64,000 nt of DNA from Vicugna vicugna. Taxonomy: Eukaryota. The DNA lies in NCBI GenBank assembly GCA_013265495.1, contig MU062470.1, forward strand, positions 186,001 through 250,000, in the 5' to 3' direction. Made by a program: the position numbers and the translations under genes. The notes below the pieces were generated by a model. The model was given only the letters and a program-made list of their open reading frames with translations, did no database searches and was not told where the DNA came from. Below are positions 25,201 through 37,574 of this stretch, one piece after another (the stretch's first letter is position 1; every line of letters starts with the position of its first letter).

Positions 25201-28200
25201 ACAAAATACGTATCAAACAGTAAGTAGCGGAAAGTAACATCTATTGTTCTGTGTTTTTCCTGATTTAATTGTCCAGCAATGTGTGAAGCTGGCACATAGT
25301 CACCCACCGTTGTAGAAACAGGCTCAGACAGGCTGAGCAGTTTGCTAGAGGTCACCGCAGTGACAGCGGGGTCGGTGGGTCCGTTAGTGTCACGTCAGAA
25401 CTTCCAGGTCCCGTCAGAGTTGCGGACGTCAGTGTTACAGCATCGTGGGGGTTTTCTTTCTCCAGTTTTTCCTGGTTAAAAACCCCTCAGTATCGTAGGA
25501 AGTCGGCTTACACAGTACGTCTCACAAAAGAGCAGACCTGTTTCCACTGAAGGTGCTCTCGGGACAGCGGTGGCGCTCTCGTTTTGGAGCCGTTACGGTG
25601 CATCATTATGAGGTTCAGTTTGTGGCCTTTGTTTGTGACAGGCAGCCCGAGGCTAAAATTGCGTAAGATCTATTTCCAAGGAGACATACAGGCTCGTAAT
25701 CAATCTTCTGTCATTTTCTCCAGGAGGGATGAGTAAGGATTGAAGGTAAAAATTACAGTGCAGCCGGCACGAGCTTCATTCTGGCAAGTTGACGTTGTTT
25801 TGAAACTTTTCCTATTTTCAGCTTTAATGCGTCTCAGTTGTGTCTAGACAGGACCGCTGCACTCGGGGCAGAGCCGGGTCCGCCCCGGCCACAGCACCAA
25901 CGCAGGGGGCCTGCCTCAGTCACAGAGCTCGCCTGAGGCTTCCTGCTCTTCTATAGAAAATACAAATCAGGCACTTAGAAATTAAAAACCAGTAGCTCCA
26001 CACGTCCGTCAAAATTTCTGGTCAGTCAAATTGAATAATACGTGCAAAGTACAAACAAGGTGTGACTGGAATTGTTTCAGCAAATGGAAGCTAGATCTCT
26101 GTCACACCTTGAAAGGTTCAAGGTTGAGCCCTGGGAAGCTTTCTGAAAGCCACGTGACTTCTGCGTCTGCACCGTGGCACGCCTGGGACACCCTGTCAGC
26201 TTTCCCGAAGGGTCTCATCTTGTATCATCTTAGCTTGTTGGAAAACCACTACAAGTCAAGGAAGTCAGGTGCGATATTACTTGCTGTGGGTTTAGAGCCG
26301 AGGTTCTGTCTCTGGGCCTGGGCAGCGTTTTCCTTGTGTCGATGATCTGCTGCCCAGATGACCGATCAGCGACCAGGCCGGTGGCCTGAGACTCGCCTAA
26401 CCCAGCTGCTGGCCCGCTGGGGACATGTGCCGGGCAGGGCTCGGCTGCTCGGGTCCAGTGGTGAGGGGAAGCTGCTGACTTGGGGGCTGGGTGGCTCGGG
26501 GCTTTGTTGGCTTCCTGCCTCTGAAGCCTCATCTGGTTTGGATGACCACGTCTCAGCAAGCTGGTGTCTTTTGATCCACCACCTTCCCAGGGATTCCCAG
26601 GGGTGGGGGAATGGGCTGTACCAGAGAGTGCCTTGACTCTTCCACCGTAATGCACTTCCTCAGTGGTGTAAATAAACCAGATATTTTATCACAGTGACTT
26701 GGCTCCATCAGAATTGGAGGCCGAAACTCCTCGTGTAACAGTGTTTCCATCAGGCTGGCGAGGTGGCCGGGTGAGAGGCGTCTGGCACACAGATGACGTT
26801 TCCTGCTTTCAAGTTAAGCTTCCGGGGAAACGTTCAGAGAATTCCAGTGATGCCAACTTCACTAAAACACTTGCAATTTTGACGGGATTTCAAAAATCTA
26901 ACCCAAAATGTGCTTTCTGAATAGAAGAAAATCTATTAATATTTTAATATTTCTGTTCCTGTGCACGGTCAGCCAGCCCCGCGGCTGTCTATCCCGAGAA
27001 GATAGCACACACGGCCTTCTTCCTTGCGAGGCTGGGCTCACAGGAGGGTTAGTTGTGCTGCGGGGCGCCGGGGGACCTGTGGTCCAGGCCAGGACTCCGT
27101 GGCAGGGGAGGAGGCCGTCGTCCCAGTCACACACCTGCCCGTGTGGACACAGCAGCAGTGGCATCTAGACACGTGCTCGAGCCGAGACTGACATTTCTTC
27201 AGATCGGCCCGTACTTTAGACAAGTTGACTGAACAGCTGTCACCTCACTGAATCTTCGTAGTGGTTTTTGGTAGCGGTGTTTTTATCCTTGTTTTACAAA
27301 TGAGGAGGCGGGATACGAGAGGCTTGCCTGCGGTCAGGAAGCAAATGTGCAGCAACAGAAACCGCCAGTGGGCAGGGAGCGGCTTGAGAGGGGGTGTTTC
27401 CAAGAAGCTTCCAGATCACACCATGTCAGCCGACCGCCCCGCGGAGTCTGGTTGGGGCTCCAGAAACTCACATTTGAGCCACAGATACATCAGTGGATTC
27501 GGATGAGTATGTTAACCAGACGCTAGAGATGATGACGGCTTTCAGCTTCCAGCGGGACGAAGGGTGGGGGCGCCCCTGCTGCCCGGGACCTCGGTGGGTC
27601 TTTGGGGGCCGCGTGGAGTCTTGGCATTTGCTGCTGGCCGGCTGTGCTGTCGGGTTCAGTCACACGGAACCGCATCCCCGTTCTTCAGAAATCAGCACTG
27701 CATTTTTGTTTCTGAACAGAGAACAAATATAATTGTGGAAACACTCATATTGAATTCTCAAAATACGTTAGGACAAATTAGGTCGCCGCAGTTAGCTGTG
27801 GGCATCATTATGTTCTAATGGCAGAAACGACAGTTCCACCCGTCTTCTGTTTGTCGCTGGGGGTGCCCTTCGGTTCCTGCCTACACTTTATGGCTGGAGT
27901 GGACCTTGGAACTAGCAGTGCCCTCCCCACAGTCATCCAGGGGGCGTCACTAACTGAGAGGGTGAGTGTCTTTCAGACACTGAAAAAACGCCATCGTCTG
28001 AATTCCTGCAGTGCTTCACCTCTTTGTGGCATCGGGGCATTTCCTTACGTGCGTAATTTCACGGTCATCCCCTTCCCGTTCCTGGCAGCAGAACCCGGGG
28101 TTGGCTGCTGTGTGCGGCGGGGCGCCTTCCCCTCGGGAAGCCCAGAAGCCAGCTGACTTCAAACCAGGGCTCCTTCAGACCCTGAGGGCTGCTAGAGACC

Positions 28201-28405
28201 AAAACTGCAGGTGTTTGGGTAAAAGAAACTCAGGCCAGGGGGTAAAGTCTCTGAAGTAGAAAGTTCATTCAGTAAATGCTTTGAAATAAGTTTGCATTCA
28301 TGCTCTCAAACCCTGGTCAGAATAATCAGCCTTTGTTAAGGGATATAAATGGCTTCAGAGAACCGTTCTATTTTATTTTTCATTTTTTTAATTTAAAAAA
28401 AAGGG

Positions 28406-28455
28406 ACTGACACAACATTGTAAACTGACTATACTTCAATAAAAAAGAATGCAAA
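28406..28455 (+). mobile_element. Ultra-short L1 3' stub with target-site duplication
   Basis: actgacacaacattgtaaactgactatacttcaataaaaaa flanked by ttaaaaaaaaggg at 28393-28405 and 28456-28468. Confidence 0.8.
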
Positions 28456-29392
28456 TTAAAAAAAAGGGGGAAATATTTTCTGTCTTTTCAAACTTCTCCC
28501 ACCACCCCATCCCTCTGCGTCTGCTGTCGGCCCCCCTCACCGCCACCGCGCACGCACACACACACTGCCTGGTTCCCCTCCCAGCAGACAGCTCACACTG
28601 ATGCTCGCTGGTGGTCCGTTTATACGAGCGTAGCGCAGAGTGACCTTCCGTAGGTCTCTGACATGATTTGTTTCTCTTTCGCCAGGCTTTCAGCTTAATT
28701 TAGATCATAAGTGGAGTTGTGTCGGATGGCAGCTGTCTTCGGTTGGCCCCAATATTACCGATGTTAAAGTAGACTGAGGCTGACTGAAGTGCCTCTGCAG
28801 CTGCACTGTCAGCTGCTTCTGAGAGAGTGCGCAGTGTCGCACGATCAGACCTGCTTGGTCTCGGGGAGGAAGCCTCGTGGTGTGGGGACGTGGCTGTGCT
28901 CCATGTCCAAGCCCTGCCTCTTTCAGGTTGGAGATGAAAGGAAGGCGCAGTCACTGTTGCGGGCATGCGCGGGCACGTGGGGCAGCGGCGGTGCTGGCGG
29001 CACCCTGGCCTGTAGTCACTTCTTGACGTGCTCCCGCCTCCTGTCGCCAGTCACGGCCTGCTCTTCAAGGCCAGCGGAGCACTTGCCCGGCTTCCGTTGG
29101 TAACAGAGGAGCAGAAGAGGCACTAAGCTTTCCTGAGGTGGTAGCGAGGCTCTTAAAGGTGAAGGCCAGTGTCTTAGTTGCCCACACGCCTGTGTTTTCA
29201 TGTGCAAACTCCTGCTTGACAGTTAAGCACTTTTTAAATGGGATGCATTCATCCTTTATCTTGTCAATGAAAATACTTCAAAGTTATCTCTCAACCATAG
29301 TGAAATTCTATTATTTTTTACCTTCCAGCCTCAAAAGCACACAGTGCAGTGACTGCTCAGTTTACTCACACGTGCGTCCTTCTGTTTTCAAG

Positions 29393-29467
29393 GTGCTGCC
29401 CAGAAGCATGGTGTCTCGTCTTTGCGAATCCAAAAAGCTGTGCGCCGCGGCCGATATGCAGCTTCAG
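29393..29467 (+). CDS. MIPEP: MIPEP exon ~15, 75 nt: [25 protein letters not shown]
   Basis: Acceptor gttttcaag|GTG (AAG type), donor CAG|gtgcgt. Confidence 0.95.
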
Positions 29468-30246
29468 GTGCGTGCGCGCCTCTGTTCTGAGCTCTCCCAG
29501 CGTGCTTATTCAGCATGAGTGCACGCCTTGAAATTCTTGCCCGTGCTGTGCATTTATTACAATAATTACGTTTCTAAAACATCTTTCATCTGAGTTCAAA
29601 GAACTTGACTGTGACTCATTCAGTCCTCTGGCTCTTCTTAGGGAGCAGGTGTCACGTAAGGTTATTTCCTGTCTTCCGTCGGGAAAGTCAGAGCTTGGGA
29701 AAGTTCCATGACTTCTAAGTCGTACATTTCAGCAGCCAAGTTACATATTTTGACTCAAATTATGTCTTTTTATAAATTTGTGTTTTTATTAGATGTGAAA
29801 TTTAAACAATAATCATTAGTTTTCTGTCATTTTCAAAAGCCAGTTTCCAGGTTTCCAGATAAAGACTAGGAACATTTTGTAAACCGTCCGGATGACGGGG
29901 CCACATGGTGCTGGACGTCTAGGTTATTTGTCATTTCTGAGTCCATTTGTGGACTTCTGCCTCGCCACCAGGCCCAGAGAGTGATGCGGACACAGCCCAG
30001 ACACCCATCCTTCGCCTCAGGCAATAGTCGCTTTTTTTTGTAACGACCCAGTTGCTCATTCAGAAGTGTAGCCACTGTTTCATCACCTTAGAGTTTTGTA
30101 AAGTTCAGCCTCTAGAAAGTAATGAATGAGCTCTGGCTTTTGTGTGCCTTGAAATACACACTTCAGTGGAAAAAAATGCATGGTTTAGACAAAACCATGA
30201 GTTTACTTTTTTCAGTGTTTCTGTCTCACGCAATTGAAAAAGGATT

Positions 30247-30381
30247 TCTTTTTTTATTTTTTGGTGGGGGGAGGCAATCAAGTTTATTTATTCATTATTT
30301 TTAGTGGAGGCACTGGGGACTGAACCCAGGACCCTGTGCATGCTAGGCGTGCACTCTACCACTGAGCTAGAGCCTCCCCCC
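30247..30381 (-). mobile_element. Full-length camelid-type tRNA-SINE with 11 bp TSD
   Basis: Reverse complement ggggggaggctctagctcagtggtagagtgcacgcctagcatgcacagggtcctgggttcagtccccagtgcctcc; TSD gaaaaaggatt at 30236-30246 and 30382-30392. Confidence 0.92.
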
Positions 30382-31988
30382 GAAAAAGGATTCTGAATTA
30401 CTTGAGAAGGCTCACGTCACTTGGCAGAAGTGTCTGATTTGCCTCTGTCTGCAGTGGAAGCTGTCCCACTTTGCAGAGGCCTGTGTCGTGTTAGTTACTC
30501 CAGTGATTTTCTGTTAAGACGGAAAACTGGCCTTCCAGTCCTCCCACCCTCCAGAAAGAGTGAGGAGAAGGGAGGGAAGGGGGGCGAAGAGAGGCTGAAA
30601 GGTTGAGGGAGGGGGGACTAGGCAGTTCCCGCGGGAGCTGCTGGGTGCTGTCCCTTCACACTATGGTCCTCTGTGCAGGGGGAACAGACAGGTGGGCACA
30701 GAATGAATTGTTTCAGATTTCTAAGTGGGTATAAACAGTGTTTTAAAAATTGTGGGGGTTTTTTGTTGTTTTGTTTTATTTTTTTGCTGTGCATTATTTT
30801 AAAAACAGCCCCTGTTCTTCTGTGGCCCTAAGGTTCCTGATCCCCGGCAGGCATGACCCCTGGGGAGTTGGTGGGGGGAGCTAGGCTCAAGCTTACAGTT
30901 GTTTGGTTCATCAGCAAATCAGCAAGAAACAGATGCACATTTAACTTACTTTGCTGTTTTGATAATTTTTTTAGAAGGTCATTCTAGGTTTATGTCTCTC
31001 ATTTGTGAAAGGCATAACTGAAGGAACGAAGTGCCTGAATTCTGATTTGTTTATAGTTTGGGGCAAAAAACCCCCCACCCTAGTTGAGGTTAGAATTTAA
31101 AAATTTCAGTTCCTAATAATTTATTCATTTGGAATGTAGGCAGGATGTGGGCGGGCACCTTGGGCTCCTGCATCGCCCTTGTGTGTCGTTCCTGGGAGTC
31201 TCGCACGGACACAGATGTGTTCGGTACGTGTTCAGATTACCAGTTAGAGAAAGCAGTATTTATATTTAGGAAATGCTGGTATTTTTCTCAGAAAGGTTTA
31301 AGTTTGACTTTATAATTTGGAACCATAATTCCATATCTAGTTGAAGCCAGAAGTTAGAGGTCATTTAAATTTTTTCTTTTATCCAGACTAATCCTCACTT
31401 CTCTCAAGTCAACAGCTGCACATTCTCTACAGATTCCATCTTTGAATCAGAAAGATACGCATCAGAGACACAACCACACAACAGAAGTTTTCCCGTAAAA
31501 CATTGTCTACTTTTCCTGCTTCAGGTGAAAGTCAGACAACATTAATATTCAAGCCAGCTGTTGCAGTGACAAAGTGCTTTATCTTTACTTGAGGTTGTCT
31601 CTGCAAAAGCTAGCTTGTAGGACTTTAAGCAGCAGTTTTCATGTTCAGACTCTTTCTAGTGCTTTATTATGTTCCCATGGCCTCTGTCCACTTCTCTCCT
31701 GGTCACCTCCCAAAGCCGCGGTTGCCTGCACAGTGGCTGCTGCCGGGTGTCTGCCCCCAGCTCTGGGGATCTGACTCTGGCCTGGCCCCAGACCTGATAC
31801 CTGTACAGCCCTGCTCCCCTGACACCGGGCTGCTGCCCCTGCCTCCCCCGGCCCCCTTGGTCACAAAGCTAGGACTGGACCACGTCACTTCTCATTTGAT
31901 GTGTATCAGGATTCCAGGAAGAAGCCAAACAGAATTTATTAGATCCAAGGGGTCACCAGTTATGACTTTATTTTTTCATACTTCCACC

Positions 31989-32012
31989 TATATATATATA
32001 TATATATATATA
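31989..32012. repeat. (TA)12 microsatellite
   Basis: Direct reading. Confidence 0.95.
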
Positions 32013-32302
32013 TGTCCAAATAGATACATATGCATGTAGTTTTTGTGGTCACAAATTTAACTCACTATACTGTATATAAAGAGTACCTTATAGAGGAGGT
32101 TCAAAATTCTTTAATAACCTTAATCGTGAAAAGTTTGAGAGCTTTCCTTTTCATCACTAACATGGTCTTAAATGTGATACAGAATACATCTCAAACCGCG
32201 TACACGTGTGTGTGAATGTGTCTCGCTGTGACACTCTTCTCCTGGTACATGTGTGACGTCTGTGAGTGGTACCAGACTCAGCAGCTACTGTCATCCGTCT
32301 AG

Positions 32303-32422
32303 GTGTTCTATGCCGCTCTGGACCAGGTCTACCATGGGCAGCATCCCCTGAGGAGGTCGACCACGGACATCCTCAGGGACACCCAGGAGAAGTTCTATGG
32401 CCTGCCGTACGTCCCAAACACG
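32303..32422 (+). CDS. MIPEP: MIPEP exon ~16, 120 nt: [40 protein letters not shown]
   Basis: Acceptor ccgtctag|GTG, donor ACG|gtgagc. Confidence 0.96.
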
Positions 32423-35400
32423 GTGAGCCTGGCGTTCCGACCCTGCGTGTGCCATTGAGTCTGTCCAGTTGTGACCCTGAAGTCCTCTCCCTCCCGTGAG
32501 GCTTCCTACGACTGTGGGGCAGATGCTCGGGGTGCCTGGCGCTTCACCGCCCCCAGCCATCAGTCCACATGTACTTATTTCCCGCCTGCCAGCGGTGGGG
32601 GGCGGGGTGTAAACAAGGCCATTGGCGCCATTCTTTGTGCGTTGTTCTTCTGTAAAGAGAAGAATAGTGACCTGAGACCATCCCCACTGCAGAGGCAGTT
32701 AGCACTGAGAACCTCGCTGGCTCAGGGGTTTTGACGTGTGTGGCATCTCCCCGTGTCCAGTGCCCTGTCGGACGGAGAGCTGGTGCATCGTGACCCTTTG
32801 CTGAGTACTAGATGCCAGACTCTAGCCAGTGGCTTTGCCGGAAAATCTCTCTCACGACAGCCCTGTAACTGGATGGCTTCCCACTTTGGGGGCCCATGTT
32901 GAGGCTGGTCCCCATGGTGTGTCTCGCTGGTGCCCAGGTGGGCAGTCAGCGACGGTGCTGAGATTCAGACCCAGCCCCAAGGTCGAGTGTTTTCACGGCC
33001 CAGAGACCGGGGAGACTGGTGGGGCTCCCACAGGGCGACGGTGCGTCTCCATCCCTCGGGACCTCAGGTCAGTATGGAGATGCCTCAGTGTGGCTGCAGG
33101 TGGCTGCTGGGAAGCGGGCCTGTCATCGTCCCCCCGTTTCTCAGCTCTGTTCCTCTCCAGGTTCACCTGCTTCTCCTGGAGGCGTGGTGGCCACCAAAAG
33201 GTCGGCCTTCATCCCCTTCCAGCCTGGCTGTCCGCTGGGAGGGGAGCTGATTTGGAAGTGCGCTGCAGGCCGCAGCGCGCCCAGTAAGCATGGTCTGACT
33301 TGTGGTGGTGCTGGGCTCCGGCCCGTGCTGGGCGCAGAGCGCCAGTGAATCAGCAGATGGAACCGCCCGCTGGGCCTTGGGGCCCTGACCGTCACGCGTG
33401 TGCGGGAGGGGCTGGCACGTCTTAGACAAGGGAAGAGCTGAAGTTCTGTCTTCCTCATGACCCCCCCACCCCAGCAGTTCCCGTTGTCTCAGACGCTTCG
33501 TCGTCTGGGGCGTGGACTGCTGGTCACGCTGCCCATCTGACCGTGTGTGTTGTCCCGGTGCTGGGTGCTGCTCTGCGCGTGGGTCATCTGTGTGAGGGAA
33601 GCTCTGTAACGATCAGAGTGACCTCCCTGTTGGTCAGTGTGCTCACTCATGATAGCAGTGCCTCGATTCTAGGAGCGTCCCCCAGTTGACAGAGTTGCCT
33701 GATTCACGAGCTCTTGTGCTTGCGAGGTGCTGCACTCATTTCATGTTCTTCTTTGCTTAGCACTAAAATCCATGTGACTTAACTCCATGTAGTTAGAGCA
33801 TGACCAGAAAGCAGTAAAGGGGTCCGATACGCTGGGAGGGGCAGCCACAGAGCATCAGTGGGCGCGGCACCTGTGGCTTGAGGGGCCGTCCGTGCGGGAG
33901 GGTGCACTTGGTGAGACACAAATGCAGGAGGCGTGGCTGCTTCATGGGGCAAAGGGTGCAAAGGAGGGTTCAGTGTGAGGTGATGATGGAATGCGCAGGC
34001 TCCTGTGAGTCACTGGACCCACGGGGCCGGAGCACGGGGCTGGGGCGTCACTCGCCCACAGAGAGAGGATGCTGTGCGCTCTGGGCAGGGACGCCGCCGA
34101 GCGGGAGAGCGTGCTGGGTGGGATGAGGGGACATCCCGGGGACAGCCGGGAGGGGAGCTGGAGCCACGGGCACCCACTGTCAGCCAGTGTGGGTGGGGAA
34201 GAGCTTCAAGCTGGAACAGCTTTTTTTGTTTCTCCTGCTACAGCAGTGTAGTGCTTTGCCCTCTGCTGCTATTTTGGGGTTACACTGACTATATGGCAGC
34301 TTGGAACGTTGTCTGTAGAACCTCTCTGTGGCTGTGAGTTCTGACTTCCCGAGTAACAGAATGATAAATAAGCCTTTAGCATATGGCTTACAGGCCATTT
34401 GCGGGCTCCCAGCCTGAAATTTCTCGAGTCTTGGAACAGGCTCTTCAGCTGAAGCTGCCTTGTCACAACTGTGTGCACGGAGGAGAGTGACCGCTGACTC
34501 ACCGGTTGGGAGGTGGAGGCTGCCAGTGGCGAGCCTGGCTGTTGGCCCGGTGTGCCCGCCCCGACCGGCTTTCCGGCAGACCTGGCCACGGGGACGGGCG
34601 GGGGGTTGAGGGGGGCACTCCTGTGCCAGGCTTCGCTTCAGCTCCTCGGTGGTCTCCAGAGAAGGCCGCTGACGCCGCCACCTGCCATGAGACGATGTTG
34701 CTGCGCACAATGTTTGGGTGTTAAGACCTGGTTTATTGCTGCTGGAGTTTATTTTCTGTCCTGTTCACTTAACAGTCCATTTTGAAGAACTCCCCTTTCT
34801 TCAAAATACATATGCGAGCGTGGGTAGAAATCCAGGTAGATACCTGGCATTTGTGCCTTCGAGCAGATTAAGAATCATGTTTTTATATGTGTAGTTTTAA
34901 ATGTGTGTTTCAGAGCTTTTCACGGGCAAGGTCACAGCCCGTGACAGTTGTTCGTGTAAGAGCGCGTCTTGGCTTACTGACTGTCGGTGGCAGGAGGGCT
35001 TGACGACTTTATTGTAAAAACTGTAATTTTAGATTCACTGATTAAACTCCAAGATAGGAAGTACTGACTGTTGAGTGACTTCCACCCTCCAGATTAAAAG
35101 GAGATCAGATTCTTTCCAATTAGTTATTTTTAAAGCAAGCCTGGTGAGAGGAGGTGGGACCTCACGGGGGTCTTGATCTGGAAATGCGAGGTCTGCTCTC
35201 GACCAGGCTGTCCCTGCCTCCCACTTGCTTGGATGTTGGTTCACAGAATGGCACAAAGGTCTCTTTTTTCCGTGTATAAAAATACTGTCTTCTAAACAGT
35301 ACAGCTGGACCCCAGAGTGGTTAGAAGTTCAGCATCCTCTCTCCAGAGAATGCGGCTTAGGTTATCTGGTAAAAATGCCCATTTCTCCTCTGGAGGTTGT

Positions 35401-37574
35401 TCCCCTGGGGGAGCTCTGTCTCCTCCTATTCTTGTGCCCTGGCTCTTGTACAAATGAAAACACTCTCCTGGGAGGCAAAGGCGTGCCCGGGTGGCACCGT
35501 TTGGAGGATCTGTTGTTGCTAAGCAAATGTTCGATTAAACAAAACAATATTTATTTTTGTCTTTATCCCCAATACCGAGACCATATGGTGCACATCCAGA
35601 AGAACCTAAGTGGTTAATTGCATGTTAAATTCCTTTCCTCTTGGGCTGCGTAAACAACTGAGAAAACATTTACCTTCTCTGTCATGCTGGATTTATTTAT
35701 GACTTTGTAACTCAAACACAGAAGTGTTATAAATTGAAACTTTAATCTCACGATTGACTCATTTTCTAAAAATTTATGTGGTTTCAGTTTGTGGGACAGC
35801 TGCGGCCCGAGATTTCACTGATTTAAAACTGAGGAAATTACATGACCGCCGGCTGTTTTTATAGCAAAGCGCTTGGAGCCACGTCACTGACTGTCACTTC
35901 TGCGCTGGTTTTCATGACGAGTGCAGCGCCCTTTTCCCCCCCTTTTTCTGTCTGCAATTTCACGTAGGCTAGAGATAATGAAATAAAAACCCAGGCTATT
36001 CGTTCTTTACCAGGTAAACGTTGCATTTTAAACAATATAGGTGTGTCTTTGAGATTTGAGGCTGTTTACATTTCCAGAGGCTTCCGCCCAGGCGACTCCT
36101 GGGTGAGTCATGATCCGGTGCACCGTGAGTGTGGGCAGGACGCGTGGAGCTCGGTGCCGGGTGTCGGGGCCCTGAGGCCTCGTTCCAGCGGTTTTCACCT
36201 CGTGTGTTTGGGACCCAGGGGACCAGCCGTGTGGGGAGCTGACGCGCATCAGCTGAGCGATGCGGGCTTCGCACTTGACTGCGTGTGAGCCGTGCAAGCC
36301 GGGCCTGAAGCGGTGAGCGCCAAAGGGCTGCAGGTGCAGTCTCCCTCCCCCTCGGCCCGTCCCCACTCCCAGGACCTCAGAGGGGACTGACCCCTCAGCT
36401 GATGCGCCTCCCCCTCCAGGAAACACCGCGCTTCACCTGCTTGTGCCTCACGCAGAAGCTGTCATGGGACCTGCACTCCTGTGTCGTTGGTGACCTAGGG
36501 GAGAACAGTCTTTGGAGCTGAGGGAGCAAAGGACAGTGCGTGGGTGTCAGGAGAAAACAGGAGGTGCTTGGAGCTGGGGAGCACGGACCGCTCCCTCATT
36601 GTAGTTTGTATGTGAGAAATAACACACACAGGCCGGAGGGAGGGCTCTTTGAAGACTGAAGAGACTGATGCCGGAGAGCGAAGGGGACGGGCCGGAGGGG
36701 GTGCGTGAGGGGGCAGCCTCGGTGGGAGTGGAGACAGAGCAGCACTGAGGGTCTTCGGGAAGGAGGGACCCCAGCCGCGCCGGCGCCAGCGGAGGGGACA
36801 GCCCTGTGGGACGGCCGGGGACCTGGGGAGGTAGGATTCTCAGCTGAGACCCCGGTTTCTGTTAGAACAAAAAGTGAAGGGGGTGGTCAGAGATAGATGA
36901 CAGTACAGGTGCTTTGCTGACAGTGGAATTTCAGAAAGCAGAGTGGGGAGAAGAGGACAGAAGGTGGGATCCCAGAGTGTTGTGTGGCCCTGGTAGCACG
37001 GGGCAGACGGCGCTGCTGGAGCTGGGGGGGCAGCCTGTGGGGCCCGGCCGAGAGGAGCGGGAGCTGCGGGGTTTCCACGCTGTTTGCAGGGTTGGGGGTG
37101 GTTCTCCCGTGTATGCGTGTGCGTGTGTGTGTTCAATCCTGACACTCCAGGCAGCGCAGAGGCAGGATGCCTGCAATTCTGTGTGGAAGCTGAGAACTTA
37201 GGTCCCCACTGTCTTTTGTCTCTGTAACGTTTCCCGAGGGTCTCTGTCTGAGCCAGCCACACGCAGGGCAGACAGTGTGCTGAGCTGGCCCGCAGGGGGC
37301 TGCGGCCCCCCTCCCGCAGGGGTTCCCTGTGTACTGTCCGTCCTTTTGCCCCGAGAGCTGCCCCCCAGTCCTGATCTCCCAGCCCCACTCAGGTTCGAGG
37401 TTCTGAACCCGCTCTTCAGACCCTGGGAGGACTGCAGGCAGCCCCATGGACACGTGCACCCGTGTGCACCCGATGCTCTGTTCGTGAAATACACCCCGAG
37501 GGTGGGGCCCTGGCAGTGGATTCCCAGAGCGCGCCGCAGAGTTAAATCAGATCGCTTTCCCTTGACAACCCTGA

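Noticed and set aside
24491-30381. tRNA-like heads with A and B boxes as possible tRNA genes
   Set aside because: They continue into shared SINE bodies with A-rich tails and a TSD, and lack a complete cloverleaf.
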